From positions 165,679-229,678 of the forward strand of contig QPGO01000099.1 in assembly GCA_008632985.1 (NCBI GenBank): DNA of 64,000 nt. The letters are read 5' to 3'. The stretch comes from Psammoneis japonica (Eukaryota). Each line of letters starts with the position of its first letter. Position 1 is the stretch's first letter. The translations under genes and the position numbers were made by a program. This document shows positions 35,231 to 47,915 of the stretch, one piece after another. The notes under the pieces were generated by a model. The model saw only the letters and a list, made by a program, of their open reading frames with translations. It had not been told where the DNA came from and ran no database searches.

Positions 35231-37356
35231 CTATAGCCTTGTTACATCTCGGCCAAACAAAGAGCTCTTGATCCAATCAAAGGTGACAAGGACACGATTT
35301 CTTGTAGCAACTTGTTTCACCAGATATACGGAACGCCACAGCACAAAGGAAATACTCCCAGCATAAGAAAAGATGTTGGTGTCTCCAATTTGCACCTGAG
35401 AAAGAGCTTGTCCGCCGCCAAGATATGCAAGCAAGCCCAAGTTCATGAATCCGAAACCCGGAGCAGTCTCCAAGCCACGAAGCCGGAGCCAAGATTCAAA
35501 GAGGGCGTCACCTGCTTGTAGACTAGTAGTGCTATTTTCTCCCTCTATTCGCAAATCGTTCCTTGTCCCAAGACGCGGGGGTGTGGTTTTCAGGTTGTAT
35601 CCACGACACAAGAGACGAGCTGCATATGCTCCTTGTTGTCCAGCGACTTGTGCTGTCTGGGGAAGAAAGGTCTCATTGACTCCCTTGCGTTCTTGAAATG
35701 AGGCCGCGTCTCCCAACACTAGCACAGATCCAAACGTGTCTGGACTCCCAGTATCAACACGCATCCATTTGTCAACATTGATTCTCCCTTCATTCCCCAA
35801 TGCCGATTCTGGCAATTTATCTAGCAGTGTATTTACAAATGGAACTGGAGCTGTTCCAGCGCACCAAACGGAAACGCCGACGGGCAAGGTTTCTTGTTTG
35901 GTCCCAACGACGTTACCATTGTTATCAAACTCTTTCGAGCTGAGATCAACAAAGCCATCGCCGACCCTGGTGACTTTGGTATGCAATCGCACCTCAACTC
36001 CCTGTTTCTCGAGAGCAATCAGCGCCTCATCTCGTAAGTCACCTTCAAATTGTTGCAGCAATTGACCACCTCCATGAACAAGAATGACTTGAACAGCATC
36101 GCCAAGGCGAGGATAAGCGCCAACACGAGGTTTCGTAATGTCTTTGGCCAAATCCGAGAGTTCTCCTGCCAACTCGACTCCTGTCGGACCCCCGCCTACA
36201 ATGAGAAACGTGACTCGCCTCTTTCTCTCTCGTACTTTGTCCGGATCAGTACCCGCCACGTCGGGACGGCTTGCATACTCGAAGCATTCTCCAATACTTT
36301 CACGTAAATTGCGTGCATCATCACAACTCTTAAGCTTCAGACAATGCTCAGCCGCACCAGGAACCATGTCGTCAGAGACTCTAGCACCCACACCAACTAC
36401 CAAGTGATCATAGGGTATTTCAACACTTGGTGGCTCCCCCTCGGCGATGCTTTCCAAGAGCGAGTTTAACTTTACGGAAACGACCTTGTTTTCAATATCC
36501 ACGTCGGTTGCCATGCCCTCAACATACTCTTCAATCATGGGGTTAGCGGCACGCACCGCTTCCGTCATGCTGCGATACTCTACCGTCCCCACCGCAGCAC
36601 TGGCTAGCATCGGCGTAAATAGAAGTGATTGGAGGGAGAGACGACAATAACTCGCAACTTGAAATTGTCGGCAACCTTGAGCAACGCATGAGACGCCCAG
36701 CCACTGCCGAGTACAACGACTGTTTTTCGCTCTGGCATGGTGATATCTTTCTGCCATCCCAAATCATAAGGAACGCGCTTGAGATGCAACCACACGTCCT
36801 CGACGGTATCCAGGGTTCGTTCGAAAATGAGACCGAGAGGAATTGGGCTGATATAGTCTTGACCGTTTAGCACCTTGACACCCAGCTCAGAACTTAGTAA
36901 GCGAAGTGCTTCATTCTCCATATCTTCTGGATTCAAGTCATAAATGCTCTCTGAAGAACTCGGATTCGTAGGGTATGATGATTTCCCGGGCGTATCTTTG
37001 GATAATGTTTGGAGAACTTCTCGCTCCATACTCTCTGAAGAACTCGGTTTCGTATGGAGTGATGATTTCTTGGGCGTATCTTTAGATAATGTTTGAAGAA
37101 CTTCTCGTTCCATACGTTGCGGGTCAATCGCGGATAGTTCCTCAACAAGCTTGGAATCAAAGTCGGCTTTGTGACGATTCTCTTCCGCGTCGTTCTCGGA
37201 AACTGATTCGCCTGGAACAGGTTCTTTTGTAGAGAACAAGATTCTTCCCGAGGAACCTGTTGTTCTAATAGCACCTGGAGTGATCAACGCGGTAGTAGTA
37301 ACGTCCTTCAGAAGAATAGCACTGCATGCTATAGAAAGACTTAGTATCCTTCTCAT
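35231..37356 (-). CDS. Type II NAD(P)H:quinone oxidoreductase (NDH-2) with targeting peptide; apparent 1-nt deletion at ~36622
   Basis: [58 protein letters not shown] and [13 protein letters not shown] motifs. A 26-aa internal duplication lies at ~36945-37110. Confidence 0.85.
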
Positions 37357-37882
37357 GTTGGTTGAGTGGTTTAGCAATGTCATGGATGCAAGAAAAGGAA
37401 TTGTGAGACAACGGATCGACCGACATTGCATTGCGACGACACCTTACAGATGTTCCGCGTCGTGTCGGCGAATTTCAAAGAACACGCGAAAAGGCCTTCC
37501 GAAGATCGCGCGACACAAACGCGACCGAACGATGCACGCAAGACTGAAGACGCGACTGACTGAATGACTGAGAATAAGTAGAAGTAGTAGCCTCTAGCTG
37601 AGTAGAACTTTAGCGCTACTGCTACTCTGAGACTCTTCTAAAGGGAGCTGGAATGGAGCAGACAAGTAATCGCCTTCCTCTAGTAATACAGTTGAGACAT
37701 AGGAATGGTTGCAGACACGTAAGAAGCAAAAGGAATTGCCGCAGGGAAAAAAAAACGACCCACTCGATAGTATTACAGTCAGACAGATACTGCACCAAGT
37801 AACTGGAAGGAGAATCCGGTAATCCGTGATCCTCATGTACAAGATAGCTTTCTTCCTTGATGCTCGTCAGACCGATATCACC

Positions 37883-39769
37883 TCACCCGTTGATTCCCTT
37901 GTCAATGTCTCTCCAACCGACTGGGAATTCTCGCGCCCAATAGAAGGGATGCAGTGGCAAATAGTTTGTCATTGACGTCTTTCCGTCCCTTGGGAAAATA
38001 TAGTAACTTTGTATTCGCCCTTCCTTGTATCCCTCTGACTTGGCCTTTTGCGAGTGATAGCCACGAAGGCGATTGATGTACCCAGAAAAGGTTGAAAAGT
38101 AGGTACCAGCAAAAGTGTCACCGCGAGATGCCACGAGTTGATCAATCATTCCGAAGAAGTTGGTATTCACACCCTCGAGCACATGATTAAAGTCAGAAAG
38201 GAAGTGGAGTTTGTAATGTTGACCGAGAGGTTCAAAAAATGTCAGATTGCGTTCGTCCGTTGCAACAAACACTGTGGAACCTTCTTCGATTACGTCCTTG
38301 ATGTTTTCATATATTTCCAGTGCTTCAAGACGAGTCTTTTTGTATTGAAAGTCACCTCGACGAATATGCAAAGAATTAAAGTCTCCATTCGTGCCATGCT
38401 CTTTTGATCTTTTGCGAACTTCATTCACCACCCGTGCCGCAGCACACTGAATCTCGTCAACATAGCGTAATCGGTCACGCACAAACCGCTTGGTCCTCGT
38501 GTCTTGTTGCCATTGCTCAAAAAAGAGAAATACATAGAAATGGACCAACAGACGCGCCCCACTGGCCAGGTCCCCCGTGAAGTGAACCACGGGTGCCTCT
38601 TGTAGTTTCTCATTGTAGACGCATAGCTCCGATCTAGTCGATAGTTGTTCGCGCATTCGATCCACTGCCGATGCATTTACAGGAGTTGGATTGTTTTCAT
38701 AGTTGTTTATTCTCGGACCCATGGCAAGCGCTCCCTCGCCCCGTCGGATGTTGTGAAGCATTTTGTAAAAACTTGCCATTCGCACGGGTCCCGGTTCTTT
38801 GGGAATGACGGCAATACATTTGTTGTAATCCCAAAGCGGAGCCTGCGCAATTGCATTTCGCATCCATAACTCTAGAGGTCTCATGTGAAAGCGTCCAATG
38901 CCGTTCCAGTTGGTACGGTTATTTGGTGGAAACGAATAGTCACCCCATTTACTCTTTATTCGGCCCGACATGATTTCTCGTTTCAGAAACTCTTCTGTGC
39001 TTACAATATCAACGAGACCACTAGATTGGATTTCATCAAAGGGGAAAAAGTCAGCAAAGCCGAAACTATTTTTCTGTTGGTTTTGATTCTGTTATTGACA
39101 AGCGAGGAAAGATTGTAAGAAGGTGCATTGGTTTTACAATACTTCACGAGAATTTCAAGTGCTTACATTGTTTAACAAGTACATGATTTGCGAGGGTGGC
39201 ATGACCAAGGTACGTCCCATTGCGAAAGCCATTGAAACGACCGTCTCCATTGACATTCGAATATTATTCCAACCACCTTCATCTGGAGACCGAAAAAAAG
39301 GACAATCACGTCAGTTTCTGCTTTGACACGATAGATAATCAAGAAGGAACGGAACTGTTCGATTCTTACCAAGTTCAAATGTCAAGTACTTTGGATTCGG
39401 TCCATAAGCTTTGAATGGACTTGCAAAGTTAAAATCAGCTGCAATATTTGACCAATACACCATCTCGGACGCCACTTTATCAGATGGCCCACCGTACTTT
39501 TCACAGGACAAATACGCCGTTTCGTCCTTGTCAGCTCCAGCTCTCCCGTCACCAGAATTGTATGTGTGATTTGAAGCGATTGTTGTAGTCGTTGCATTTT
39601 CAATGTCAAACTTCCTCTCGTTGTAAGCAGTATCAGTAAACCCATCGAGTACGACAGTCATAGATGATTGCAAGTCTTGTTGAAATTCGTTGGTAAGCAG
39701 CAAAACGATATTCAAAAAGCACGCAAGACAAATAAATGTCATGAGTAAGCCAACCCGGCAAGTCAACAT
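37883..39769 (-). CDS. GDP-fucose protein O-fucosyltransferase family protein (introns near 39.09-39.16 and 39.28-39.37 kb)
   Basis: N-terminal TM helix, then KYLTFE..GGWNNIRMSMET, LLVHFY.FLFFE, HIRRGDFQY, FVATDE and DQLVASRG.TF.GT..STFSGYINRLRGY. Confidence 0.85.
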
Positions 39770-40303
39770 GAGTGCAGTGTTGTCTCTCTGACAAACGGTA
39801 GGGATACGAGCGTCGTCTATCTTGTGAGTGATAGGGCTTCACCGGAACGTGATCATCATTGAGCGATGCTACTAAAGCAAAATGACATGTGTGCGTGGAA
39901 CGCATGATGTGATAGGCAATCGCCGATTTTGTGAGTTGCCACACATCGCAGGTAGGTGGCCGAGAGATAACGTCTTTCGTAGAACTAACAACTTTCGTGA
40001 CTTGATAGAATACATAAATTTTAACGGACATTATCAAATAACCAATAACATTATGTAAATAAGATATGATTTTTTTTGAAATTTTTATGCCGGCCACGCA
40101 ATTATTGAAAAATTTGCTGGTTGGAGCGACCTTCATTACTCTAGAAGTAGCTAGCCTCTTACAACAGAAATCAACTTCACTCAAAGCTAGCATCACGCAG
40201 TACAAGCAAGAAGCCTGTTCAATCAGTATCAGACGTAACGAAGGCTTTGCTTTTTCTCAGAAAGACACAGACTGCGTTGATCGGGATATCAAATATCATC
40301 ATC

Positions 40304-41251
40304 ATGGGGCTTTTCTCTCGATCCCTCTTTCTTGCGACACTGTCCACTGTCTGGTCAGTCTCATCCGCAGCTCCAGGCTATGTTAGCTGCTGGACATCTT
40401 ATATCTTATCTGGCTTTTCCATTATTGACTTTGCCCACTACAACCGTTGGTTCGACGAGGACAGTGTCATGGAGCTGGCCCAGGCCGGAACCTATGAGGG
40501 TGCCGGTAGCGTTGAGGAGTACGCTCGCTTTTTTGCTGGGGACATGCCACACTGGGCTGGTGTGGGTTTCTTTGATCGAACCCTTTTACTCAAAGATGAG
40601 GATGACGGTGCACAGGAGGGCGAGTGCGTCATGCTCATGACAGTTGCTTCCCCTCTCGCGACCAACCCAGAAACGGCCATTCCATCTGCATTTTCCATGT
40701 CTTTTTTGTTCAAAGTCTACTACACACCTAAACCCTTCTTGAATGGTATTACCGTTCGTCGAGCCAATGTTTACGTCACCCCTGAAGCCGTTACTCACAT
40801 ATTTGATATGATGGGGACTTCTTTGACGAGCGAGTGGACATGTAGCATGATGCAGAAAGAATGCTCAGAGACGTTTGCGTGGAATGGCTTTAGTTCTGTT
40901 GCAGACTGTGTTGATAAAATGCAAAAGCTTGACAATTACGGAGCAGGTACAGTTGATTTATCAGGCAACGTTCGTGGGTGCAAGACCCTGCACGCAACGT
41001 TTGCTCGTTCGAATCCAATGCACTGTGCCCATACGTCCATCAAGCCACAGGAGGATCCATCTGGTAAAACAAAGTGCCAGACCACATCCAACGTGGATCC
41101 TTCTGCATTATTTACAGACAATGATATTTCCTTTTTCGAAAACCGAAGTGTACAGTTGGGTCTTGGAATCGAAGGTTTGCATGTTTGTGACTGTGCAAAC
41201 CTACTTCCACTCCAAGAACTGCCGCACTGCACTTTCTGCGATAGAATTTGA
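40304..41251 (+). CDS. Secreted Cys-rich hypothetical protein
   Basis: Signal peptide (MGLFSRSLFLATLSTVWSVSSA), an intact ORF with normal Tyr content, and a C..LHA.FA..NP.HCAH motif. Confidence 0.7.
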   Translation: MGLFSRSLFLATLSTVWSVSSAAPGYVSCWTSYILSGFSIIDFAHYNRWFDEDSVMELAQAGTYEGAGSVEEYARFFAGDMPHWAGVGFFDRTLLLKDEDDGAQEGECVMLMTVASPLATNPETAIPSAFSMSFLFKVYYTPKPFLNGITVRRANVYVTPEAVTHIFDMMGTSLTSEWTCSMMQKECSETFAWNGFSSVADCVDKMQKLDNYGAGTVDLSGNVRGCKTLHATFARSNPMHCAHTSIKPQEDPSGKTKCQTTSNVDPSALFTDNDISFFENRSVQLGLGIEGLHVCDCANLLPLQELPHCTFCDRI

Positions 41252-41381
41252 ACTGCTTAATTTGAAGCGGGTCGTTTGCTACCTACTCCCATGTGTATGT
41301 CAAAATGTATGTCAAAAGCTCGAATATAGAATCGGTGGCAACCCAGAACGCTGTTTCAGGCGCGTTCTACGTACTTCTAGT

Positions 41382-42863
41382 TTACCCTTCAATTACTACT
41401 TGATCGCTCCAAAATCGTCGCTTTGTTTCCATTTCAACCATGCCATCCAGTCTCTTTTTCACCTTTTCATTTACCGATTTGAGGAATTGAGTGTTTTTGC
41501 AAACGAGTGACAGTCGAGGATGACGTCTCTTCATATCGCTATCGAGATTGGCACAGTACTTGCTGCTCTCCTTATTGGAAGTCAAGTATCCCAAGGTTTC
41601 ATCTACGTGCTTTCGAAGGTAATAAGCAGCCTCCAGGGCATACTTTGCATGGATTTTGGCCTTTGCCTCCTTGTCGTCGTCGACATGAGCTCGGTAAAGC
41701 GCTTGTTGCTCCTCTGGACGTGACTCTAGCAACGCATAAAGAACCGAATCCCATACAGCATTGGATATCGCCCCGTCCTCGGTTCTGTATACCATCTTGG
41801 ATCGATCGGTGCATCCCAGCTCTACCAATTCAGGACTGGGGTCTGTAAAAATGATTTGAGAAAAGATTTCCGGCATGGTTTCGTCGACAAAACCGAAAAT
41901 GACAAGAAAGCGATACGGATTGTTCAATCCATACGACAGGTACAGATTCTCTCCTCCCTCGACATCGCTCAGTAGGACAAAATAAATCATGTCGGAATCG
42001 GGATAGTCCTGTACCATGACATTGGCCGGTTCTCGATGATTAAACATATCTCCAAGAGGCACAATGTCGGCGTCTTCGTCTTGCCCACCCTCTGCCGAGT
42101 ATCGCCAACACCTTGTAAAGACAACATTGAAGGCCCATTTGCTTACATGTTGAAAGTCGTCACTGTCCACTAGGGACGCAAGATGTCTGAATTCTGGCTC
42201 TAGCTTTATCGCACGCACGGCATGGCAAAAGACGTCGAGCTTTTGCTTTTCATACGTTGCCAAGGCGAACCCCAGTTTCGGCAAGCACGACAATTCCACA
42301 TTATCCATGCATACACCGGTATCAAAGGACTTTGGGAGTGACTCCAACCACGCATGCCACCCACTGTCAATTCCCAACGACTTTTCTGTCAGAATCTTGA
42401 GAAACAGCAGAAACTCTGGCTTGTATTGAATCATATCGGCTCGTTTCAATATGTTGTCTGCGTCCTTCAAATCCAACGTTTTGTTCATATCAACACTTAT
42501 ACGACTGGATGAAAAGGCCAAGTCCCGTGGTACACGCAAGACAATATCCCCAGCCTTTTTTGGTTTGTGCAGTACAACCCCCCAGTCGCCGCCTTTTTCG
42601 TTTTGTGATAGCGAAACGTCTAAGGCAAACTCGATTCCCTTGGAACTAGCCCAGTCGTTGAGCGATTCCATATTTCTATCGTGGCCGCCGTTGATTGCCT
42701 CTAACCATAGTTTCGAGTCACGAGCAGCCGACGTTGCTCGATTGCTCGTCGTCGTCGTTGTCATCGGCACAACCATAAAGGCATCAACAACTGCTACTTG
42801 TATCGCGATGGACTGCCAAAGTGCGACAACGCAAACTACATTCCATGCATGTACGAACCACAT
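41382..42863 (-). CDS. SET-domain (Rubisco LSMT-like) methyltransferase, plastid-type presequence
   Basis: Signal peptide ending VDAF, then WLESLP, WAFNVVFTR, IVPLGDMFNH and LYLSYG..FLVIFGF. Confidence 0.88.
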   Translation of the reverse strand: MWFVHAWNVVCVVALWQSIAIQVAVVDAFMVVPMTTTTTSNRATSAARDSKLWLEAINGGHDRNMESLNDWASSKGIEFALDVSLSQNEKGGDWGVVLHKPKKAGDIVLRVPRDLAFSSSRISVDMNKTLDLKDADNILKRADMIQYKPEFLLFLKILTEKSLGIDSGWHAWLESLPKSFDTGVCMDNVELSCLPKLGFALATYEKQKLDVFCHAVRAIKLEPEFRHLASLVDSDDFQHVSKWAFNVVFTRCWRYSAEGGQDEDADIVPLGDMFNHREPANVMVQDYPDSDMIYFVLLSDVEGGENLYLSYGLNNPYRFLVIFGFVDETMPEIFSQIIFTDPSPELVELGCTDRSKMVYRTEDGAISNAVWDSVLYALLESRPEEQQALYRAHVDDDKEAKAKIHAKYALEAAYYLRKHVDETLGYLTSNKESSKYCANLDSDMKRRHPRLSLVCKNTQFLKSVNEKVKKRLDGMVEMETKRRFWSDQVVIEG

Positions 42864-43099
42864 GAATGGCTCGCTATCGAAAGACGTTCGAAAGCTGTTG
42901 CTCTATCTAACCCAAGCACTGAAAAAACCGACACAAGTTCTCAAACTTCACCAAGGTATGTGCTTTCTCTCTGATCTATTGAATGCAAATGCAAATCTTG
43001 TTGGCGGATACCGGTAGAGCGGGCGCATCAAAACCACACGCATCGCATCGCACCCGCATCAATTCACGAGCGCGACTGAAAAATGACGGGAAAGCGAAA

Positions 43100-44250
43100 A
43101 ACGCGACCCATGACACGACTGAATGCAGCACAACAACCATCCCAGTGCAGTGGCCAGCAGCAGCGATCACAGCTGGTGACATGGCACCTCTGATGCTGTG
43201 GTTCCAGCTCTCGTTCGTTGTGTTGACAATTTGAAATGAAGCTCGAACAATCACTTCACAGAAAAAAGCATGGGCTGATGACACCAGTCATCTCCTCCCG
43301 CAGCGAGGTGTGGTCATTGTGCATGTTGTCCACAAACAATTGCCACGAGTCAGACCCGAGTGCTTGGGTCTTTGATGGTGTTTTTGTGCAAATGATTGCT
43401 TGCATCTTTGGAAGTCAGTTTGAGGTGAAATTACAACCACCCATCACAGAGCAGTCTCAGGGCCTTGGCACGGAGACAACGAGGCAGAGAGGGTGTTGCT
43501 TCTTTCAAAGTGCACAAGGGTGCCACAGTGCGCCAAGAGCTGGAAGAAGCTGATGTGTTTGGGGTCCGAAGCATGCCAGAGGTTTTGGCAAAAGATCAAG
43601 CAATGCATCCTGTGCCAGCAACGTGCAGTGTCCTTTCAACCTTTTGGGGAAGCACGCGCTCCCCTGGCTGGCTTGTGGCCAGTGAAGTTGTCAACACAAG
43701 GTGAGGCCAAGACACTTGCACTCAACACCCAACTTCTGGGTGACACAACACTCTTTTGTGGCTGCACTTGTTTCCTTGGGTCCAGCAAACGCAAAGCTTT
43801 TAAGGCTTTGGCATCTTGGCAAAGTGAAGAGAGTGGAGTGGGCTCAGAAGTCATGCTGCAGGCACCACTTGCACAGATGGCTCAAGTTGGGCACCTTCCA
43901 AGTTTTGAGCTGGTCTTCATTGCAAAGGTTGGCTGACCAGGGTCATGGCAAGACTCTTTTGAAGCACAAGGGTGTTTGGGTTTGGTGAGTCTGCATTTGC
44001 AACTGACTTTCCTGCACAGACTGAGCTGCTTTCAAGCACCAGAGTCACATCAAGCCAGTGGGCCATGCTGTTCTTGCCCCAAGAGTGTCATTTCCTGTGG
44101 TTGCCACATTGCAAGTGCCATGAATTTTTTTCAGATGGTTGAGCTGTTTTGGCCAGATTCGAGCCGAGAAAAGCAGCAACTGGTCTGCCTCAAAGGCAGA
44201 CTCGGATCCCTGCGGACACTCAAGATCTTGAGTGTCTGCATGTCTTTAGA
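43100..44250. pseudogene. TpA- and CpG-depleted degenerate segment; left edge homologous to ~53760-53960
   Basis: cgagcgcgactgaaaaatg.cgggaaa..aaaaacgcga and cagctctcg.tcgttg..gctcgaac.atca are shared with the 53.8-kb region. Composition is shifted to TG/CA. Confidence 0.6.
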
Positions 44251-44624
44251 TCCGAACGAGAGACTAGACGTTGCTGCAACGACGCCTCTCACAAAATCGA
44301 AGTGAGAGCTACGGCCCAAGAAAATGAATATTTCCGTGGTTTCCTCGTCCAAATCGAGGACCCGAGAGGATAGGTAGATGCATTTGACTGCCTTCAGTCC
44401 ATGGAGGACATAAAGAGGTGCAAGTTTCGGAAGTCTGTCGGACAACGAGGGAACAGGAGGATTAACACACCTTTCTGGAGAAGGCACTTCAGTCGTTCAA
44501 GGGATTCTGACTACAGAGTTCGTCAACTACGCCAAGGTTAATTTGCTTTTGGATGTTACAGTCGTTGTGGAAGATACAGAAGATCGGAATGAATGGCACT
44601 ACTCCAGATTTTGGTTAAGATCCG

Positions 44625-45218
44625 TTGAGTTGGATAAACAACTTATCGACTGTTCCAGCTGCTCCCAAACCGTCGACCATGAACAACAAAAGCAAAAACA
44701 GGAAGGCTGGATGGTACTCTACCTATCCCAACCAGAAACCGAAAACGTGGTACTCTTCTGCCATGAAAGCAATGCCATCAACCCCAGCTGCTCCAAAACC
44801 ATCGACCAAATCCAACAAAATCAACAATAACAACTACTCTATTAATCCCGGACAGAAACCGAAAAAGTGGTACTCTCTGCCCAAGAAAAAAGTGTCCTCG
44901 CCCCACAAGTATCCTCGGAAGGTACCCAACTACAAGAAGAAGCATCATGGTCCTGCTCGCCCTTCTTATCCAAGTCGTAATGGAAAAAGAAAGGTGGCTA
45001 TGGTTATGCTGGGTGGAAAGGGAGGCAAAGGCTCGATGAAGAAGAATACGAAATATCAGATGAAACGTCCGGTTTATTCACCCGGACCACACCCTTCTTC
45101 CTCTACAAGTAGGCCGGCTCGAAAAAGTAAAGAACGCAATGGGAACAAACTGGAGGAGCGATACGTGAACAACCATTTGGTCGAGCGGAGAGTCAACGGA
45201 GTTGTTGAGAATATCTAA
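44625..45218 (+). CDS. Lys/Pro/Ser-rich hypothetical protein with internal repeat
   Basis: 197-aa ORF with repeated PAAPKPST and QKPK.WYS. Confidence 0.45.
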   Translation: MSWINNLSTVPAAPKPSTMNNKSKNRKAGWYSTYPNQKPKTWYSSAMKAMPSTPAAPKPSTKSNKINNNNYSINPGQKPKKWYSLPKKKVSSPHKYPRKVPNYKKKHHGPARPSYPSRNGKRKVAMVMLGGKGGKGSMKKNTKYQMKRPVYSPGPHPSSSTSRPARKSKERNGNKLEERYVNNHLVERRVNGVVENI

Positions 45219-45783
45219 ATACAATCGTCGTGATGGACTTCGAAATATCGGAATACAGTACATCGCAATGCCCCATGGGTGTCGAGATAAACGAGAAACA
45301 TGTACTGTACAATACAACTGCGCTTACGTCAATACTTGACTTGATTCGATTCATTTCACAAGCTGAGTGCTTGTACATTTCGTACTACTAGAGTAGTAGT
45401 AGCCATAATGCTCTTAGTTCTGATTTAGTATTTTAACATATGTAAGCTACGGTGAAGTTGTTGAGCTTTCCGCGTCCAAACGTTCAGGTCGATGTACTTT
45501 GTTTTGTGTGACTGCCTCATATTTTTCATTAGACTATACTTCTATAGTCACTCTAGTACACATACTCGTTTCGCATATACAGGATTCATGGCTTTGTCAT
45601 CATCTTTCCGATCACATCCAGTATTGGCGCATTTCTCCAAGTTCCCAAACTAAACCCCTGGATCTTTCTTGCTGCTTTGCCGTTCTTCCGTGAAGGGTCA
45701 CATTATCCATCCGAACTTTGACAAAGTCGTCCTCCTGTCGTTCACCAAACTTGCCCTTACCTATGAAGACACCGGCGATTGCT

Positions 45784-46791
45784 CTACGCGTGCTTCTTTG
45801 GCCTATGAAGAATGTCGAATGGACGAAGCTGCTTGATATTCTTTTCACGTATTGACATGCTTGGACGTCCAAAATCAAATTTCACCTCCCATCTCTTTTC
45901 TTTATTCGGGTCTGGTCCAATCACCTTGACAATGAGGTTATTAAGCTCGGGCTTGCTTTGCAAGCCAAATAGGCGGATGAGATCCCCATCCTTGAGTTCG
46001 CCGGGTTCTCGGCAGTACTCTTTGTGACCGTACGTCTTCCATGACTTTATCTGACACTCTTTAGAGCAATAGAAACCCTTTTTGCATCTTGAGCACTTCA
46101 ACAGAGGTTCTTCGCCCTCCGGCTTCTCACAGCAGTCGCAGCATTTTCCACCAATCTTTATCAATCTTGCAAACTCATTCTCGTTCATCATTCCACGCAC
46201 TATCGTCCCTGGACGATAGTACGATCCTACCCAAGGATCATAGGTACCATCCGACCGCAGTTTCGGAGCAGGCGGCGGTCGATTAACGTTTGCGTTAGGA
46301 TTAGTCAGCTCCTCAAGATTGCTTCTCAAATCCTTCATGACGGGTTCGACAAGGGATTCAAGGGTGACAAAACTCAAGTTGAACTGCACTTTTGTTTGCT
46401 CCCTTTTTTTGTCACGCTTGGTGAGTTTCTTTTCTCCAATCATGATGGCCTCATAATACATTTCACCAGCTTCAAACCGATCCCCGCAGCGGAAATGAAG
46501 AAGCCCCAACGCAAGTCCCGCCTCCAGTCGAAAAGCTCTGATCTCACCATTGTCTCTCATAATCTTTTTGAGATTGTCGAAATCTTCTGCCCTCGGAGGA
46601 AAGTATCCTTCCCTCAACAAAGAACTGTAGCCATGAAAGATTTGATATCGATTCGGGTCTGTAAGACTGGGTGAATGCTGTAGCGCAAGGAAGTACTCGT
46701 CGGCGGATTCTCGTTTTCGTCCCTGGTGAAAGAACTGGACACCGCGATTTCCATGGTATTGATACTTTCTTGTCAATGTGTTGGCGTCCAT
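45784..46791 (-). CDS. MYND zinc-finger protein
   Basis: CDCC..LLKCSRCKKGFYCSKECQIKSWKTYGHKEYC, followed by a GLQSKPELN SH3-like segment. Confidence 0.85.
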   Translation of the reverse strand: MDANTLTRKYQYHGNRGVQFFHQGRKRESADEYFLALQHSPSLTDPNRYQIFHGYSSLLREGYFPPRAEDFDNLKKIMRDNGEIRAFRLEAGLALGLLHFRCGDRFEAGEMYYEAIMIGEKKLTKRDKKREQTKVQFNLSFVTLESLVEPVMKDLRSNLEELTNPNANVNRPPPAPKLRSDGTYDPWVGSYYRPGTIVRGMMNENEFARLIKIGGKCCDCCEKPEGEEPLLKCSRCKKGFYCSKECQIKSWKTYGHKEYCREPGELKDGDLIRLFGLQSKPELNNLIVKVIGPDPNKEKRWEVKFDFGRPSMSIREKNIKQLRPFDILHRPKKHA

Positions 46792-47915
46792 TGTGCGGAG
46801 TGAAAAAGTGAAAACGGTGGGAATTACAGTATGATGCGTGTAGCTGCTGTCTTTGACTCTTATCTTACGGATGTGTGATGTGGTTGCAGGAGGTTTAATA
46901 GGGCCCTACAATGCCGTAAGCGGAGAGACATCATCATAGCGCCCAAGCGGAGACACCATAGCCCACAGGCGGATAGGTACGCACCGCGCATATGTGTTCT
47001 GAGCTTCAAAACGAGTCGAACGAGTCGGAAATCAGTCGTTCGAAGCTGTGCTTGAGCTTTGCCTGCAACATCGAAAATCCACGTTGGTTTACATTGTGCT
47101 GTTGAAACTTTCAATCACTGGCACTAGAGTCAGTGCTTCCTTTCCTTCCTCTCATCTGAATTGGTTCAAGTCCAGACACATCTCCAAACAGTGTGGGGTT
47201 TGGCCCCATGACAGCAGCATCGCAACGAGTTTTTTTCTTGCCTTGACCATCTTTGGTGGCTCCATGTCTGATGCACATCTGTCTTCTGCAGGATCTCGCT
47301 CTTCCACCTTCTCCTCTTCTGTTGGAAAATCACTTGACACACCATTCTTGCTGCCATCAGCACTTCCTAAAATGGCAAGTTCGCCACCAACACCACCGCA
47401 TCCAGCAGCTGTTCCAGCGGGATCAACTTCAATGGATGTGACTGTGCTGCTGTGAATGGAAGGAACAATCGCCTCTCCATGACCCCCGCCCCCTTGGTGG
47501 GATCCACAAGCTGCATGACAAGACCTCCTCTGCTGTCCCCACAACTTGGTGCCAACAAAATTGCCATGATTGGGAGAGACAGATGACCGTTTCTGGGCAA
47601 CTTCGCCAGCATGCGTGGAATGTGAGGCACAACGCAAAAGCACGGAAGCTCTCACTGAGCCACAACTCCACTTTGATGATTGCATGCTCTTTGCGGCTTT
47701 GATGGCAGAATTTTGGTTTGTCTTTTCCTTCGACCAGTGGCCCACGTTCCGGTTTCCAAGCCCAGCGGCAGCCAAGTGTGACAGACAACCTGTTCATCAT
47801 CATCAGCGATGCACCAATCAAGCCCAGCAAGCCAAGCTGCAATCAAATCAGCACGAGGCACTTGGAAAAATGGGAGAAACATGGGCTTGCCATCACCAAT
47901 GCTTTGCATTCCATG

